The notes below the pieces were generated by a model. The model had not been told where the DNA came from. It did not search any database and saw only the letters and a list, made by a program, of their open reading frames with translations. From the IMG/VR virus record IMGVR_UViG_3300042261_001929, positions 13,902-77,901 of that record: DNA of 64,000 nt; one strand, given 5' to 3'. This DNA is from a virus. Positions 31,578-43,111 of the stretch are shown piece by piece (the first letter of the stretch is position 1; each line of letters opens with the position of its first letter). Position numbers and translations under genes: made by a program.

Positions 31578-31766
31578 ATGAAAAATCAAGGTGAAAGCTT
31601 AAAGGAATGCGTCACGAGAAAATGGATCGGTTTCTGTGAATTTATGCACTGGCATTTTCCGAATAAGAACATTGGATTCGATGGGTGCTCATTTGAATCC
31701 AGATGCAAACATTGTAATAGAAGGATATTACAGGACAGCCAAGGCAATTGGTTCACAATAGACTAA
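31578..31766 (+). CDS. Small Cys-containing hypothetical protein
   Basis: GGTGA RBS; CKHC..QDSQGNWF. Confidence 0.55.
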   Translation: MKNQGESLKECVTRKWIGFCEFMHWHFPNKNIGFDGCSFESRCKHCNRRILQDSQGNWFTID

Positions 31767-31801
31767 TTATTTTTTTTTCCTATAAATATATAAAAACAAG
31801 A

Positions 31802-31890
31802 AGCCTCTGGAGGGATTCGAACCCCCTACCTCCTGATATCTTGGATCAAGTCCTACAAGTCAGGCGCACTGCCAACAGTGCTTCAGAGGC
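31802..31890 (-). tRNA. tRNA-Thr(UGU) with a 16-nt intron (31838-31853) at 37/38
   Basis: Cloverleaf GCCTCTG/CAGAGGC-U; CCTGA CT TGT A|intron|A TCAGG; bulge-helix-bulge with central helix CTTG/CAAG. Confidence 0.9.
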
Positions 31891-31912
31891 ATCATAATAC
31901 TGTATGCGTAAA

Positions 31913-31986
31913 AGCCGCTAGAGGTATTCGAACCCTCGACCTATCGGTTACTGGCCGATCGCTCTATCCAACTGAGCTATAGCGGC
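31913..31986 (-). tRNA. tRNA-Thr(AGU); A34, C33
   Basis: GCCGCTA/TAGCGGC-U; ATCGG CC AGT AA CCGAT. Confidence 0.85.
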
Positions 31987-31997
31987 AAAATGATTTT

Positions 31998-32786
31998 TTA
32001 GATGTTCTCTACCATCATCGTACCTGATATCCCTTTTCCTACAGCACTAACGGAATAAACATCTATACTCTTAAACAATTTTAATATATTTCCTATGTTT
32101 ATCCACTCTTTTGTTCCGTCTTTGCACTCAACCAATACAAAGTCGTACCACGATCCGATCACAACACCTTCATAATATGACATGAAATGTGGATTTGTTG
32201 CCCATTCTCCAGCTCGATCCTTGTCATCCGTTACATGCCCATACCCAACCGTGTTCCCTATCAGATATGAGCTTGAATTTATATCGGAAGATGCTGATCC
32301 CACTGCTAACAATAAAATCAGCACACCGATGCATAAATACATTCTCATTCTCATACACATGGGATTCTCCTAATCATATTTATACCTTTTGGTTCCCTGT
32401 TTGCCTGACTTCATGCCAAATAATTACTCCCGCTTGACGCCCAAAAGTACATATTTCACAAATCGACCCGCAGAACAGAGTACAATGCCCAAGAAGAGCC
32501 ACATGAAACCAAATATTATAGCAAGAGCTGGACCCGTCATAGCCAAACCCGCGATGGTAATTAGTATATAGTTATACTTTAGACCTATCGCGAACACAAT
32601 AAATCCAATGATCGTGAACGATAATAGTTCTAGGGTGTAGTCGCCTTCCTTCGTATCGAGGTTTCGAATGCTTCTTGGAATATGGGCAGCTCCGAGAAAT
32701 ATGGCATCGATTAATCCCAACAGTCCTAAGATTGCGAATATTATTAGCGCACTATTGACCACGAGTATGTCAATTGTCCTGTCCAT
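31998..32786 (-). CDS. Two hypothetical genes: secreted (31998-32360) and multi-TM (32424-32786)
   Basis: Signal-peptide-like and hydrophobic segments. Confidence 0.5.
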
Positions 32787-32793
32787 ATCTATA

Positions 32794-33141
32794 TCACCAC
32801 TTTACTATATAAACAAAGTTTGGTTTACCAATTTTCGTCATGAAATCGATCATATGTCTAGCTCCCTTTGATCTTCCATCCCAGATCGCGACAAGAGCAT
32901 CCGCATATTTTCCCATTTCCTCATTTCTTTTTATGCCCGCAGATCTACCATACTTATTCCAATCCGCAGGCATTCTCTTTATTGGTATTCCTAGTATATC
33001 AGCGTATTGCTCACCCAACTGATCAGCGCCGCGAGCAGTTCCCGAAACAACCTCATCTATAACAAAATCGGATAACCGGACGGCCTCTACTACATCATCG
33101 AGGTTCTTTATGGTCCGGCTGCCCGCTATAATAACTTTCAT
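32794..33141 (-). CDS. SLOG-family protein (DUF2493/YspA-like)
   Basis: IIAGSR..VVSGTARGAD..ADWNKYGRSAG..RN..WDGRSKG. Confidence 0.85.
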   Translation of the reverse strand: MKVIIAGSRTIKNLDDVVEAVRLSDFVIDEVVSGTARGADQLGEQYADILGIPIKRMPADWNKYGRSAGIKRNEEMGKYADALVAIWDGRSKGARHMIDFMTKIGKPNFVYIVKW

Positions 33142-33473
33142 AGCAATTTTAAGTCCTTGGTAAGCTCCTTTGTTTCATCGGTCGCCCTGAAACCCAAACA
33201 TGTTATAGTTCCTGGGGCTACTTCGGTCAGCCCAGCATCCTCAATATATTCACCATCAATCTCACCATGATCAATCATATCAATGAATTTCTTAAAATCT
33301 TCAGACTGAGCTTTCAATATGATTGCCTTTCCCAATACCGAATATTTCCTTGCTAATTTCATCGCGACATGACTTACCTGTGACGAAATTTTACCCTTTC
33401 TCATCCCAAGACCACTATCAATTATATATACATAAGTTATACTTAGATCCACTATTCCCCTCATGACTACCAC
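33138..33473 (-). CDS. pth2: Peptidyl-tRNA hydrolase, Pth2 type
   Basis: MRKGKISSQVSH, EDAGLTEVAPGTITCLG, LTKDLKLL. Confidence 0.88.
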   Translation of the reverse strand: MVVMRGIVDLSITYVYIIDSGLGMRKGKISSQVSHVAMKLARKYSVLGKAIILKAQSEDFKKFIDMIDHGEIDGEYIEDAGLTEVAPGTITCLGFRATDETKELTKDLKLL

Positions 33474-33810
33474 CTATTCCAATGCTACGCTATATCCATC
33501 GATAAAACCATTGACCCACGCACTCTTGATATCGAGGTCCAGTGTTGATATTTTTTCCTTTTCCTGAATTATACACATAACGAATGCTCCGGCCTTTTTT
33601 CTTTTCTCGATGCGCTGGTTCTTCCCTAACGGGAAATGCCTAATAATTTCGTTCCCTAAATCAGGATCATAGAATGGCTTCCCTATAAAATATTCAATCT
33701 CCATGAACCATGATTTTCTTCCTTAATATATAAGCTTTTGGTATTTGCAAAACCCTTAAATATCATCAAATACGATAGTAAGCCCGACACGCATAAGAGG
33801 AGGTTAATAT

Positions 33811-34384
33811 ATGAAGTATGAAGATAAATACCCGAACGCGAAGCATCTTGAAGAAGTTGCTCCATCATTAGTAAAATTTTTACCATCTGAGGAATGCCTT
33901 ATATGTGGTGCCCCTACTACCTTTGGTGATATCGATTTTGGAGCACCTTTTTGCTCTGAGGAATGTTTTCAAGCAATGTGGGAGCAATATATTCGCGATT
34001 CGTGCAGCACCACAGGATATCCAGATGAAAAGGTGATCATCCATGATAATTGAGTTATCAAACTGTTACTTAAAAATAAAATGGGTGGGGACACAAGAGG
34101 AGCTTGATATTAGAGATTGGTGTTATAGCTCTCACAAGCATCCGTCTAAAAAGAAGACCCAGCCCCTGAAGCATACACACAGCAAGTCACCCAATAAGAA
34201 TATATTGAAGGATCACACAACTTCGATTCGGTATTGCTTAGACTGTTGTAAAAAAACCATGTTCACACACAAAAAAGGCAACAAACATAGCAAATGCAGT
34301 GAATGTGGTAGCACCAGAAGCTCTAGAGGAAAACTAACTACAAAAATGAATGCAGTGTTTCATCCCAATCAGAGACGGGATTAA
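33811..34384 (+). CDS. Two small zinc-finger proteins (33811-34053, 34043-34384)
   Basis: CLICG..FCSEEC; CLDC..CSECG; own promoter near 33750. Confidence 0.55.
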
Positions 34385-34387
34385 ATA

Positions 34388-34978
34388 CTAATTTTCATAT
34401 CTTTTATTTTTCCAAAGTCGCTTGCTAACTTGTCGATCTTCGCGCATAGGATAGGATCTTATTTTTCGCTCTTGTTCGCCTGCATCCTCTTGAAGCTCTT
34501 CTATTTCCGCTTCGATGTCTTCAAGCTGATCTTCCCATAATTTAATAGTTGCCTCTTCCTCACTCCCCTCCACAACAAACGTTTCGCGATATACTTCCAT
34601 AATTTTTTCAACAGATGTATAATCGTTTAAATATACAATACGAGAGGATGTAACATTCGGCAACTTTACACTATTAACCTTTCTTTTTCTTAACTTATCT
34701 TTTATATTATTATAGATATCTATTGGTATTGAAGCGAACTTATTATCATAACTATAGACAAAAACCTCATCAATGCTACGACATCTTATACAAAATTGAA
34801 TCTGATTTGCAAGCCCACCATCAAGGTTACTTTGAATGCTTTTTAACTTCCTGCCACATACCAAACAGCAATCATAAGGTTTGACATCTTCAGAAATTTT
34901 CGAAAAAAAGGATTTCAGGGCATCACCTTCTGACATTCGCTGGGCATGATACACATACGGACGTTGGTAGTGTATCAC
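34388..34978 (-). CDS. Hypothetical zinc-finger/coiled-coil protein
   Basis: CLVCG..CIRC, then an acidic coiled coil. Confidence 0.5.
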   Translation of the reverse strand: MIHYQRPYVYHAQRMSEGDALKSFFSKISEDVKPYDCCLVCGRKLKSIQSNLDGGLANQIQFCIRCRSIDEVFVYSYDNKFASIPIDIYNNIKDKLRKRKVNSVKLPNVTSSRIVYLNDYTSVEKIMEVYRETFVVEGSEEEATIKLWEDQLEDIEAEIEELQEDAGEQERKIRSYPMREDRQVSKRLWKNKRYEN

Positions 34979-35707
34979 GATATCCAGTTACCCGATGCTG
35001 GGCGATCTGTCTTGTTTTGTTGTTCTCTTCGTACTGAGACACGTTTATACAGAAGGTATGTCCATTTACTTGTGGTATTATCCTATCCTTTTCTATCTCA
35101 CCAATATCGCAATCCCTTACCCCGACCTTATGAACTACGATATTAATCGTGGAATCCCCAACATGCTTTCGTACAATGAAGTCTAACTCCTTTCCATTGA
35201 AGTCAATGTACAATCTTCTTGGGTCCGTTACTTCTCTACCACGGCGGATAGCATGTTTCAAGTCCTCGGCCTCAAAGTTTCCTATATATGTCTTCACCAT
35301 GATTCTCACCTATCATCGCCCACCGGACAGGCAATACAATGTCCATACCCCATCATTTCCTCAATTTCAGTTCTTCTGTTTCTATACCCTCGAATGGCCT
35401 CGTTATCAATATCCCTTCCTCGGATAGCGTTTTCGAAAGCTGGGATACTAAGACACACTGGAACTCCATTAACAGTATCAAGCTCGGCATCGCCAATGTC
35501 TGAGTCATTTACCGCAATCTCGCGAACTACGTGCTCTTTGATTGCATTAGATGCGTCTCTGGTTCTTCCTACGAATTGCAGTTTCTTTCCTTCCATTCTT
35601 AGGTACAACCGCTTTGCATTCGGATTTATATTTTTCATTGTTTTGATTGCATTATCGACATCACTTGCTCTGACATCACCGAGATACATTCTTACCTTAG
35701 ACATCAT
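34923..35707 (-). CDS. Tandem paralogous hypothetical genes (34923-35309, 35306-35707)
   Basis: Shared Y(I/L)G..A.D...AI..RLY...GK.L.F..(D/S)DIG..VNG...C..GYR..C..CP. Confidence 0.7.
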
Positions 35708-36839
35708 TTCTTTTCACCAAATCCAGAGGTGTATCAGTTCCTATTTATAGGTTTTGCTCACCAAAGGCCCCATGCCAATATACCGGCGCGGCCCATTAAT
35801 CTTTTATTCACTACATCCCTGATTATATCTTCATCAAATCTTCCATCACCATCAATAACAGGATACGTTGAAAATGGTCCATGCTCCCTAAATTTAACAG
35901 TATTTCCACAAATGATGTCTACAAATGCTTCGCGACCCTTTTCATCTAACTGAGATAAAATCAATTCAAACGCCTTCACAATATCAGCTTCTTGTGCTGC
36001 TGCTCTCGCGCATTTCTCAGAGCAGTAAATGTCTTCATCATAGATAAAGTCATATCCACAGCTCACACAATGATGATATTTTCCACCACAGTTTTGACAC
36101 ACATTATTCTGTTCCATTTTTTTCTCCCCACACAATTCTAAGATATGCAGTACTAATCCGTGATAAAAATTCAGAGTAAGGTATAATATTTCCATCTTTT
36201 TCTCTGCATGTTATAAAATCATGATCAAAAAACAGGTGAAACTCTACATCCTCTTTTGAATAAAATTCATCCCCACACGCTTCACATATGAAACACCGGT
36301 CGTCATCCGCTAATGTCTCATAAGCCTCACTGATTGCTATTTCCATTGGATCTTTTATGACTCCAATTCTTTCACTGTCTTCCATTTCATATCCCTTATA
36401 TTTTCAGCTTCATGAATTAATTCATTTTCATAAGGACCATAATATTTTAGGTCCAATATTCTGCTTCGCTTAACAAACGATTCACAGTTGCGATTTTCAA
36501 CTTCAACTAAAATTCCTGTATGCCTTCTATACTCAAATGATTGATAATCAAATTCAGTTACATATAAAATCCAGATGGAGTCGTCATCTATTTCGTCTCT
36601 CCATATTTCTTTGAGAGAGTAACCATCGCTCTCCCAAAGAAAAATTAGTCCACTCAATCTCAACTGTGATTTAGAAGTTTGGTCTCTTGTATTCGGCATC
36701 ATTGTATCCCAACTCCTCAAACCAATTCTTCCCAAACCTTTCTTCAAGCAGTTTTACTTCCCTTCTGCTAAGGTCTTCAGGAAGCAAACCACCATTCATG
36801 TTTAACAAAAGGTTCGTTGTATCATCAATTTCCAATATT

Positions 36840-37118
36840 CTATCTCCTGCTAGCTCTCTGTTTTTCAACCAAATCAAACATTGGACTTATCACTTTAGGC
36901 ACATTAATCTCGATGATCGTTTTATCACTTTTCATCTTATTTAACATGTATTGATGAATAAATGACCTCGTTGTTGATTCTATTCCATCAAAATCAACAA
37001 CGACAATACTTGCGTCTGAGTTGTTTATATCTTCATTGAAAACGTCATCAGCACTGCCTCTAAATGCTAAGTTTGGCGATACCTTCTCTCTTAGTAAAAT
37101 TTTAATTTCATTAACCAT
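36840..37118 (-). CDS. STAS-like (DUF4325-like) protein
   Basis: LAFRGSA..VVDFDGIESTTRSFIHQY. Confidence 0.65.
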   Translation of the reverse strand: MVNEIKILLREKVSPNLAFRGSADDVFNEDINNSDASIVVVDFDGIESTTRSFIHQYMLNKMKSDKTIIEINVPKVISPMFDLVEKQRASRR

Positions 37119-37141
37119 AATTTATCACACAAAAAAATGAT

Positions 37142-37570
37142 TTAAGCCTGTGCTCGACGGCTCGTGCTTAAACCTCTTCCCGCTTCAAGAATTGGCAACT
37201 GTGCTTCCGTTGGTACATATACAATTTCTTTGTCTGCATCAGTTCCGATCTTCTCTGTTATCCAGAGATAGTCCAAATACACTGAATTGTTCTTAAGAGA
37301 GTCACCTATAATTTGATTTGACTGTGCAACTCCTCTTGCCCTCGTTATTTCCGCCTGTGCTAAATAAGTTGCGCTTTCGTTTTTTGCATTTGCCTCAGTC
37401 ACAGCAATCATACGAGAGCTTTGGGCCTCTGCCAATCTTGCCTTTCCTGCTTGCTCAGACGACCATACGTTATACAATGGTAGTGCAATCGCGAGCGCAA
37501 CCAAGACGCCGATTACGACCGCGACCGTACCAATTATCATTCCCGTTGATACTTCACCATTTGTTTTCAT
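37142..37570 (-). CDS. Single-TM coiled-coil protein (SPFH-like C-terminus)
   Basis: TM, then GKARLAEA..RARGVAQSNQIIGDSL..YLW..IVYVPTEAQLPILEAGR. Confidence 0.65.
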   Translation of the reverse strand: MKTNGEVSTGMIIGTVAVVIGVLVALAIALPLYNVWSSEQAGKARLAEAQSSRMIAVTEANAKNESATYLAQAEITRARGVAQSNQIIGDSLKNNSVYLDYLWITEKIGTDADKEIVYVPTEAQLPILEAGRGLSTSRRAQA

Positions 37571-39749
37571 CTATATCGCTTTCCTTTTCCAAATACTTGT
37601 TACCCAACAATTTTATCACGGAATCAATATGTATGCTCAATAGTGCTTCGCGCACACCTACGGATTCACCTGATCTCATCTTGAATAATATTGGACTATA
37701 TTTATACTTTACTGCTTTTAAAGCGAACTCTTTCTGATCATCGATATCACATATTCCCTTGTATGTTTCCTCGATTTCACGTACAAGTGACTCATACACA
37801 CATTTTGCATATTCAAACTTGTCAATAAACATCGGGAAATATGCTAACAGTTCATCGCTTTCGTTTCTCCGTACTACATCCATTATTTTTCTTGGTGTGA
37901 TGCCATTTTTCAAATGGTGTAGGGCCACGTATTTAGGGGCCTTTAACTTTACCCTGTTGAAGTCCTTGTCCCTTATAACAAAACCTTCATACTTTGCGGG
38001 GTCGAGCTTTGCACATGCCTCTACAACCTCGTCTAGGGTGCCTAAATCGAAGGATCTTACGATATCCCAATCATATTGAAGCCCGATCTCTGGATCGACT
38101 TCTTTGAGGGTTTTAAGGCTTCTGACACCATGCAATACCAGCTTTGGATCATCATATGATACCACGATCTGATTTAGGGGTGTACACATCTCAAACATGT
38201 AGGTATATCCTTCTTCAGGCAATTTATACCCCATTTTGGTAAATAGTTTCCAGAACATATGGCTAAATGTGTCCTTTCCCATTGGTGTCATACTAGCCAT
38301 ACCATCGGGAGTACCCGATGTTCCTGCATACCATATTCCATCGTAATTATATAACTGCATCATTGAATTATGTACAAATATTCCATTTGCCATATAGTTC
38401 CCTGTCGTTGTTTGTATATCATATCCCACCCTTCCTGCCGGAAATTCTTTTTTGGTCAGTTTGGGATAAGATATACTGTTCACTTCTATTTTTATGGGTA
38501 CATATTCTTCCTTTCTACTTAATGTATCCATGATATATGGCACGTTTTGAAACCCCTTTGGTAACTTATAACGCAACCCATGTGGTATATATGGAGATAT
38601 AGACTCCCAGAATCTATTTATTTCTCCACAACGTCCTGAATTTATTCGAATGTTCCACCCTTTCGATTGATATACAGTAACATCAACTGAAAATGTTTTC
38701 CTAAGATGATCTGCCAATCTATTGACATCATTTTCAGCAAACCCATTTGTCGCAAATAAGGCACGATCCGCCTGTTTGCTATTATGAGCTAAACTCCCAT
38801 CATCCATGTACCACTTCGCGAATGAAAATGCATCCATCCAATCAATATTAGATGGTATGCACTTTTTTCTTCCATTTGGGTACCACTCATCTCTTAACGT
38901 TTTTAATATCCGATATGTCTTTGAAGTAATTTGGGTTATATCAGAACCATATCCAGATATGATCTTTCGTGAACTGAGATATGAATCACCCAAGTATTGT
39001 TTTGCCATATCCTCGAAATCGGGATATTTTGATAAGTGCCCCTCTTGAAATTTACAGTTTGTACCATTATAAATTATGCTTCCATCACCGAGCAGCGATG
39101 ATCGTATATAATGCATAGCTGCCTTGTGTGGTGACAACAACACAGATGTTAATATATCGTCTGTTTGGATATTACTTGCTAATTTGTAGCATCCGTTATT
39201 ATAAATTTCATGATTTGTTGTGACCCGAAGTCTCTTAGATGACATATTTTTATGTGGTCCGGGTCTGTCTTTTAAATTGATGTCTACCCAATTTGTTCTT
39301 CCCTTAGACTTTGACCTTCCAATAACATATGTTGGTACGGGATTTCCGTTAGAGTCAATACCAATTAGCTTCGGAGACAGTGATTTGTTAACGATGTCAC
39401 CAATTTTAACTATGCCACCATCCCATAAATTCAATGACGTGTCGTAATAAAAACAACCATCAAGCTTTTCTAATATGCTCGCGGTACTCCAGTCTATAGG
39501 AGCAGCATGTCCCTCATGCACATTGAAGAATTTCTTATAAGGATAAGATATTACTCTCCAATCCTTATCGCGATCCAATATGATCCCTCTACATTCTTGT
39601 ACTAAAGGATCGCCCAATGGTGAATCGATTTGACCATACTTAAATGAAATCAAATTCGGATGAGAGGTATGGGATCTGGATTTTATTCCATACTTAATCC
39701 CCAGATCTCCAATAGAACCAGACCGCAAAAATTCTTGAATTTTCAACAT
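37554..39749 (-). CDS. rnl1: T4 Rnl1-like RNA ligase with a LAGLIDADG intein
   Basis: ECRGIIL..KFFN..EKLDG|intein|SMM..FEM..EGFV..RVKLK. Confidence 0.85.
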   Translation of the reverse strand: MLKIQEFLRSGSIGDLGIKYGIKSRSHTSHPNLISFKYGQIDSPLGDPLVQECRGIILDRDKDWRVISYPYKKFFNVHEGHAAPIDWSTASILEKLDGCFYYDTSLNLWDGGIVKIGDIVNKSLSPKLIGIDSNGNPVPTYVIGRSKSKGRTNWVDINLKDRPGPHKNMSSKRLRVTTNHEIYNNGCYKLASNIQTDDILTSVLLSPHKAAMHYIRSSLLGDGSIIYNGTNCKFQEGHLSKYPDFEDMAKQYLGDSYLSSRKIISGYGSDITQITSKTYRILKTLRDEWYPNGRKKCIPSNIDWMDAFSFAKWYMDDGSLAHNSKQADRALFATNGFAENDVNRLADHLRKTFSVDVTVYQSKGWNIRINSGRCGEINRFWESISPYIPHGLRYKLPKGFQNVPYIMDTLSRKEEYVPIKIEVNSISYPKLTKKEFPAGRVGYDIQTTTGNYMANGIFVHNSMMQLYNYDGIWYAGTSGTPDGMASMTPMGKDTFSHMFWKLFTKMGYKLPEEGYTYMFEMCTPLNQIVVSYDDPKLVLHGVRSLKTLKEVDPEIGLQYDWDIVRSFDLGTLDEVVEACAKLDPAKYEGFVIRDKDFNRVKLKAPKYVALHHLKNGITPRKIMDVVRRNESDELLAYFPMFIDKFEYAKCVYESLVREIEETYKGICDIDDQKEFALKAVKYKYSPILFKMRSGESVGVREALLSIHIDSVIKLLGNKYLEKESDIDENKW
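38367..39455 (-). mobile_element. Intein (363 aa) with a LAGLIDADG homing endonuclease
   Basis: Begins CFYYDT right after KLDG; block B VTTNHEI; SLLGDGS and WYMDDGS; ends FVHN followed by S. Confidence 0.9.
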
Positions 39750-40964
39750 CTTCGTCCTCTCCTCTCCTCATCAAATAACTTCTTTATCTCAGTCCGTGCT
39801 ATAATTGAAATTATAGATGCAACAACAACTACACATGCCATTATATATGAACCTATCGATCGGGCATATGCATCCCCATACAAACAAGATGATATTGCTA
39901 ACACGCTGAATGATCCTGTGGCAATAAGACCCAGCCATGCCATTATTAAATCACTATCGCTATATAAATAGGACGGCCTGAATAACATTTGGAGCAAGGC
40001 AATAACAAAAATCGCCGTACCAACGCATAGTAAAACAGCGGATTCACAAAATGCTGCAAAAAATATGATTAAGATGGCTATCCCTACAGTGCTGGGTGCA
40101 TCATTTCGCGATTTATCAAGAGCAAAAATTTTCATTTTCTTCTCCTCAATATGAAAACGGTATCAATCTTTCCAAAGGCGTTCTTCCAACTCTTGGATGT
40201 CTTTGTCAATCTTCTCTTGAAACTCTTTCGACTTAAAATACTTTCCAAATCCGGATTCATTCCACCATTTTTCTCTATCTTCGCGATATTTCATCAGCTC
40301 AGGATAAGACAAATATCTTCTACCCCTGCAAGCATGGCACCTCTCAGGTATCCCGCCAATAAAATTTGGATCGTTAGGAGTCTGGCATATCATGTCAGCA
40401 ATGCTCCCACCCTCATCCCCCGTACCCTCACACGGAATCAATCTAAGCGTATCGTCATTGATCATCATCTTTTCTCCGATAATAGTATATGTAATCAACT
40501 TTTGAAGGTGTTACAATAATGGCCTCGTCCTCACCCTCAATAACCAGCAAACCATCAGATCTAAAACCGGCTGCGACTTCCCTCGCAGAAAGCTTTGGCA
40601 TCTTGATGGTAAAACTATCATCATCTGTATACACATCGACATACGGTATGCCCCTACTTTGTGGTATTATATTTCCCTCATCACACTTGTTAATGTCTCT
40701 TTTGAGATAGGTTCTATATGCCCGCAGTCTCAAAACATCATTATCAATAGATATTAATGAGGTGTACACGTCTTTAGGTATTCTTATCCATGCTTTGTAA
40801 CACTTCGTGAACTCGATATCAAACTTGCTACTCTTGTCGTTCCACCGAAGGTAGGCATAATTACAATCACAAGACCCCGTTCCACCCATCGACATTTCGT
40901 TATCAATTTCCGTACCTGTGGCCAGTCTTCCACAGCTCTCACAAACAAAAAATTTTTCTTCCAT
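39743..40964 (-). CDS. Three hypothetical genes (39743-40135 multi-TM, 40163-40498, 40455-40964)
   Basis: Co-oriented, overlapping junctions. Confidence 0.5.
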
Positions 40965-40980
40965 AATAATACATTCCCCT

Positions 40981-41796
40981 CTAATACAACTTAGAAATCT
41001 CTTCTAACCGTTGTCTATCAAGCTCACTCAATGCGGTCTTTTCCCAAAAGTCGAGAAGCGCACTGGGTGTTACGATTTTTAATAGCAAGTTGTCTCTAAT
41101 ATCAGCAACCTTACGTTCGGTATCATCATCGTAGCCCCATTCAGTGTATTCACTTAGGAGTTTATGAACTTCATACGCACTATCAGATCCGCTCATAGAA
41201 AAATGTCTAAGAATATCCGATAGGCGCAACCCAATTGGAAGCTTTTTATCAAGTGACTTAAAATCCCTGAATTGATCTTTGATCTTCTCTCTTTCTTTGC
41301 GGTATCGAGCATTGATCTCAACTTCCTTGTCTGTCCTTCGTCTGATTATTTCGGCTTTCAGATCGGAACACGAATAACTACTAAGATCCATTTTAATTCT
41401 TCCTAATCAATATAACTTAACAATTTCGTTCTTTCGCTTTCTTTCAAGCTCTTCCAGAACCGATTTCTCCCAAAAATCTAGGATAAGTTTCGGTGTTATT
41501 TCTTTGAATCGAATGCTTATAAAGGTTTTTGATGTCGATCGATCAAAGTTTTCAGTATATTCAACCAGATGACTTTCGAGATAGTGTCTTAGAATATCAT
41601 TGTTAAACTCTGGCAGATCTAACAAGGAAAGACCCTCCGGCATTTTTCTATCAATCTTCTTGAAATCGCGAAACGCCTCTAATATCCTGTTTTTCTCCAT
41701 AGAAAATTTAGCATTGATCTCTTCTTCTTTTGCCTTTCTACGGGCCACAATTTCCTTCTGTAGATCAGAACACGAATAACTACTAAGATCGACCAT
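40981..41796 (-). CDS. Tandem paralogous hypothetical genes (40981-41391, 41407-41796)
   Basis: Both begin DLSSYSCSDL and share EINA, FRDFK and LDFWEK; both end in KLY. Confidence 0.8.
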
Positions 41797-41798
41797 AA

Positions 41799-42248
41799 CT
41801 ACCTTACCTCCGAATTAAATTCCATGAGTTCGTTGAGTTTAAATACCATAACACTGTATTGATTAAGCAGCTCTAACCCCTTAATATCACTTGGATATTC
41901 CTCTAAATATATTACTGATCTTATTCCAGACTGTAATATCATTTTGGAACAGTGATAGCAGGGTTGTAATGTAGTATACATTGAAGATCCAATAGTTGAA
42001 ATACCATACATCGCGCATGAAATGATAGCGTTTTCTTCTGCATGTAATGCGTGACACTCCCATAAGTTCCCAGGATCTTTTTCACATTTCTCACAATGGG
42101 CGACTCCGCTAGGCACGCCGTTATAACCAAGGGCAATAACTCGCTTATCCTGAACTATGGCAGTTCCCACCTTTCTAGATTGACAATTGCTTTTCATCGC
42201 AGCAACTTTTGCAATCTCCATAAAATAATTGTGCCAAGAAATCGTCAT
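41799..42248 (-). CDS. dCMP deaminase
   Basis: SNCQSRKVG..GYNG.PSG..HC..HAEENAI..PCYHC. Confidence 0.88.
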   Translation of the reverse strand: MTISWHNYFMEIAKVAAMKSNCQSRKVGTAIVQDKRVIALGYNGVPSGVAHCEKCEKDPGNLWECHALHAEENAIISCAMYGISTIGSSMYTTLQPCYHCSKMILQSGIRSVIYLEEYPSDIKGLELLNQYSVMVFKLNELMEFNSEVR

Positions 42249-42343
42249 GCTTGGATGATGTATCGTGGAAATATTTATAGTTTTTGGTATTCTATTATTA
42301 GAAAATTATTATAAAAAAAGATTTAGAAGGTAAAAGAGTTTCT

Positions 42344-43111
42344 TCACCTTCTTAGTGGCCGTGGACAATTTGTGCTATAGACGACCCTCTTTTCCGGCAA
42401 CGGCTTCGGTATGTACTCATTCTCAGAGACAATCAATCTGAGGTAAATGGTAGTTGCAGGTTCGTTATGCTCCAAGTCGTCAACAGTGACAAAGTTTTGG
42501 TCCGAGTGACCACTCAATCCTGTTCCAGCTACACTCAATGATTCAGATTGAGGGATAGCACAGCTCTTTGATACACATCTTGATCTCGTAAGAGATGCCG
42601 ACTTTATACCACTATAGCCACCATCATGACAACAGTTATAACTCAAACTCACATGATTGCTGAACGGGTCATAGTCAGTATGATCACTGGTAGTGATATT
42701 GAACGGTGAGATTGGCTGTTCATAGAAGTTATTGATCACGATTGGTGCTCTATAAACTTCTTTTACTTTTCCTGGACGGAAAACCGCCTTTATGACACCG
42801 GTTTCACTATCAAACTCACACAACTCAGCCCGATTCCCTTCCCATGAATTTGCCTTATATGCTGTGAACCTTCCGCTATCATTAGCAGACCTCTCAAGAT
42901 ACATGGTCTGACCATATCGCAATCGATAGGTTCCGATGAACTTCCCGTCAATGTAAATATCGACATCGGCAGGTTGACATCCAAACGGTCCCTTGTGACT
43001 GTTATGTAGTCTTAAGCTGTACTGTTGCCCGTGATTCATTTTTACGTAGCCATCACAGGTCTCTTCTTTACATCCAGATACACTGAATCTGAATCCATTT
43101 AGTTCTGACAT
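42344..43111 (-). CDS. Conserved hypothetical protein
   Basis: 255 aa; YSLRLHN..IYIDGK..LER..F and C-terminal GTGLSGHSDQNF. Confidence 0.6.
   Translation of the reverse strand: MSELNGFRFSVSGCKEETCDGYVKMNHGQQYSLRLHNSHKGPFGCQPADVDIYIDGKFIGTYRLRYGQTMYLERSANDSGRFTAYKANSWEGNRAELCEFDSETGVIKAVFRPGKVKEVYRAPIVINNFYEQPISPFNITTSDHTDYDPFSNHVSLSYNCCHDGGYSGIKSASLTRSRCVSKSCAIPQSESLSVAGTGLSGHSDQNFVTVDDLEHNEPATTIYLRLIVSENEYIPKPLPEKRVVYSTNCPRPLRR

Noticed and set aside
41799-42248. Deaminase as a TadA-like enzyme for the A34 tRNAs
   Set aside because: Motifs (SxC..RKVG, GYNG.P.G..HC) fit dCMP deaminase; TadA-specific features are not seen.
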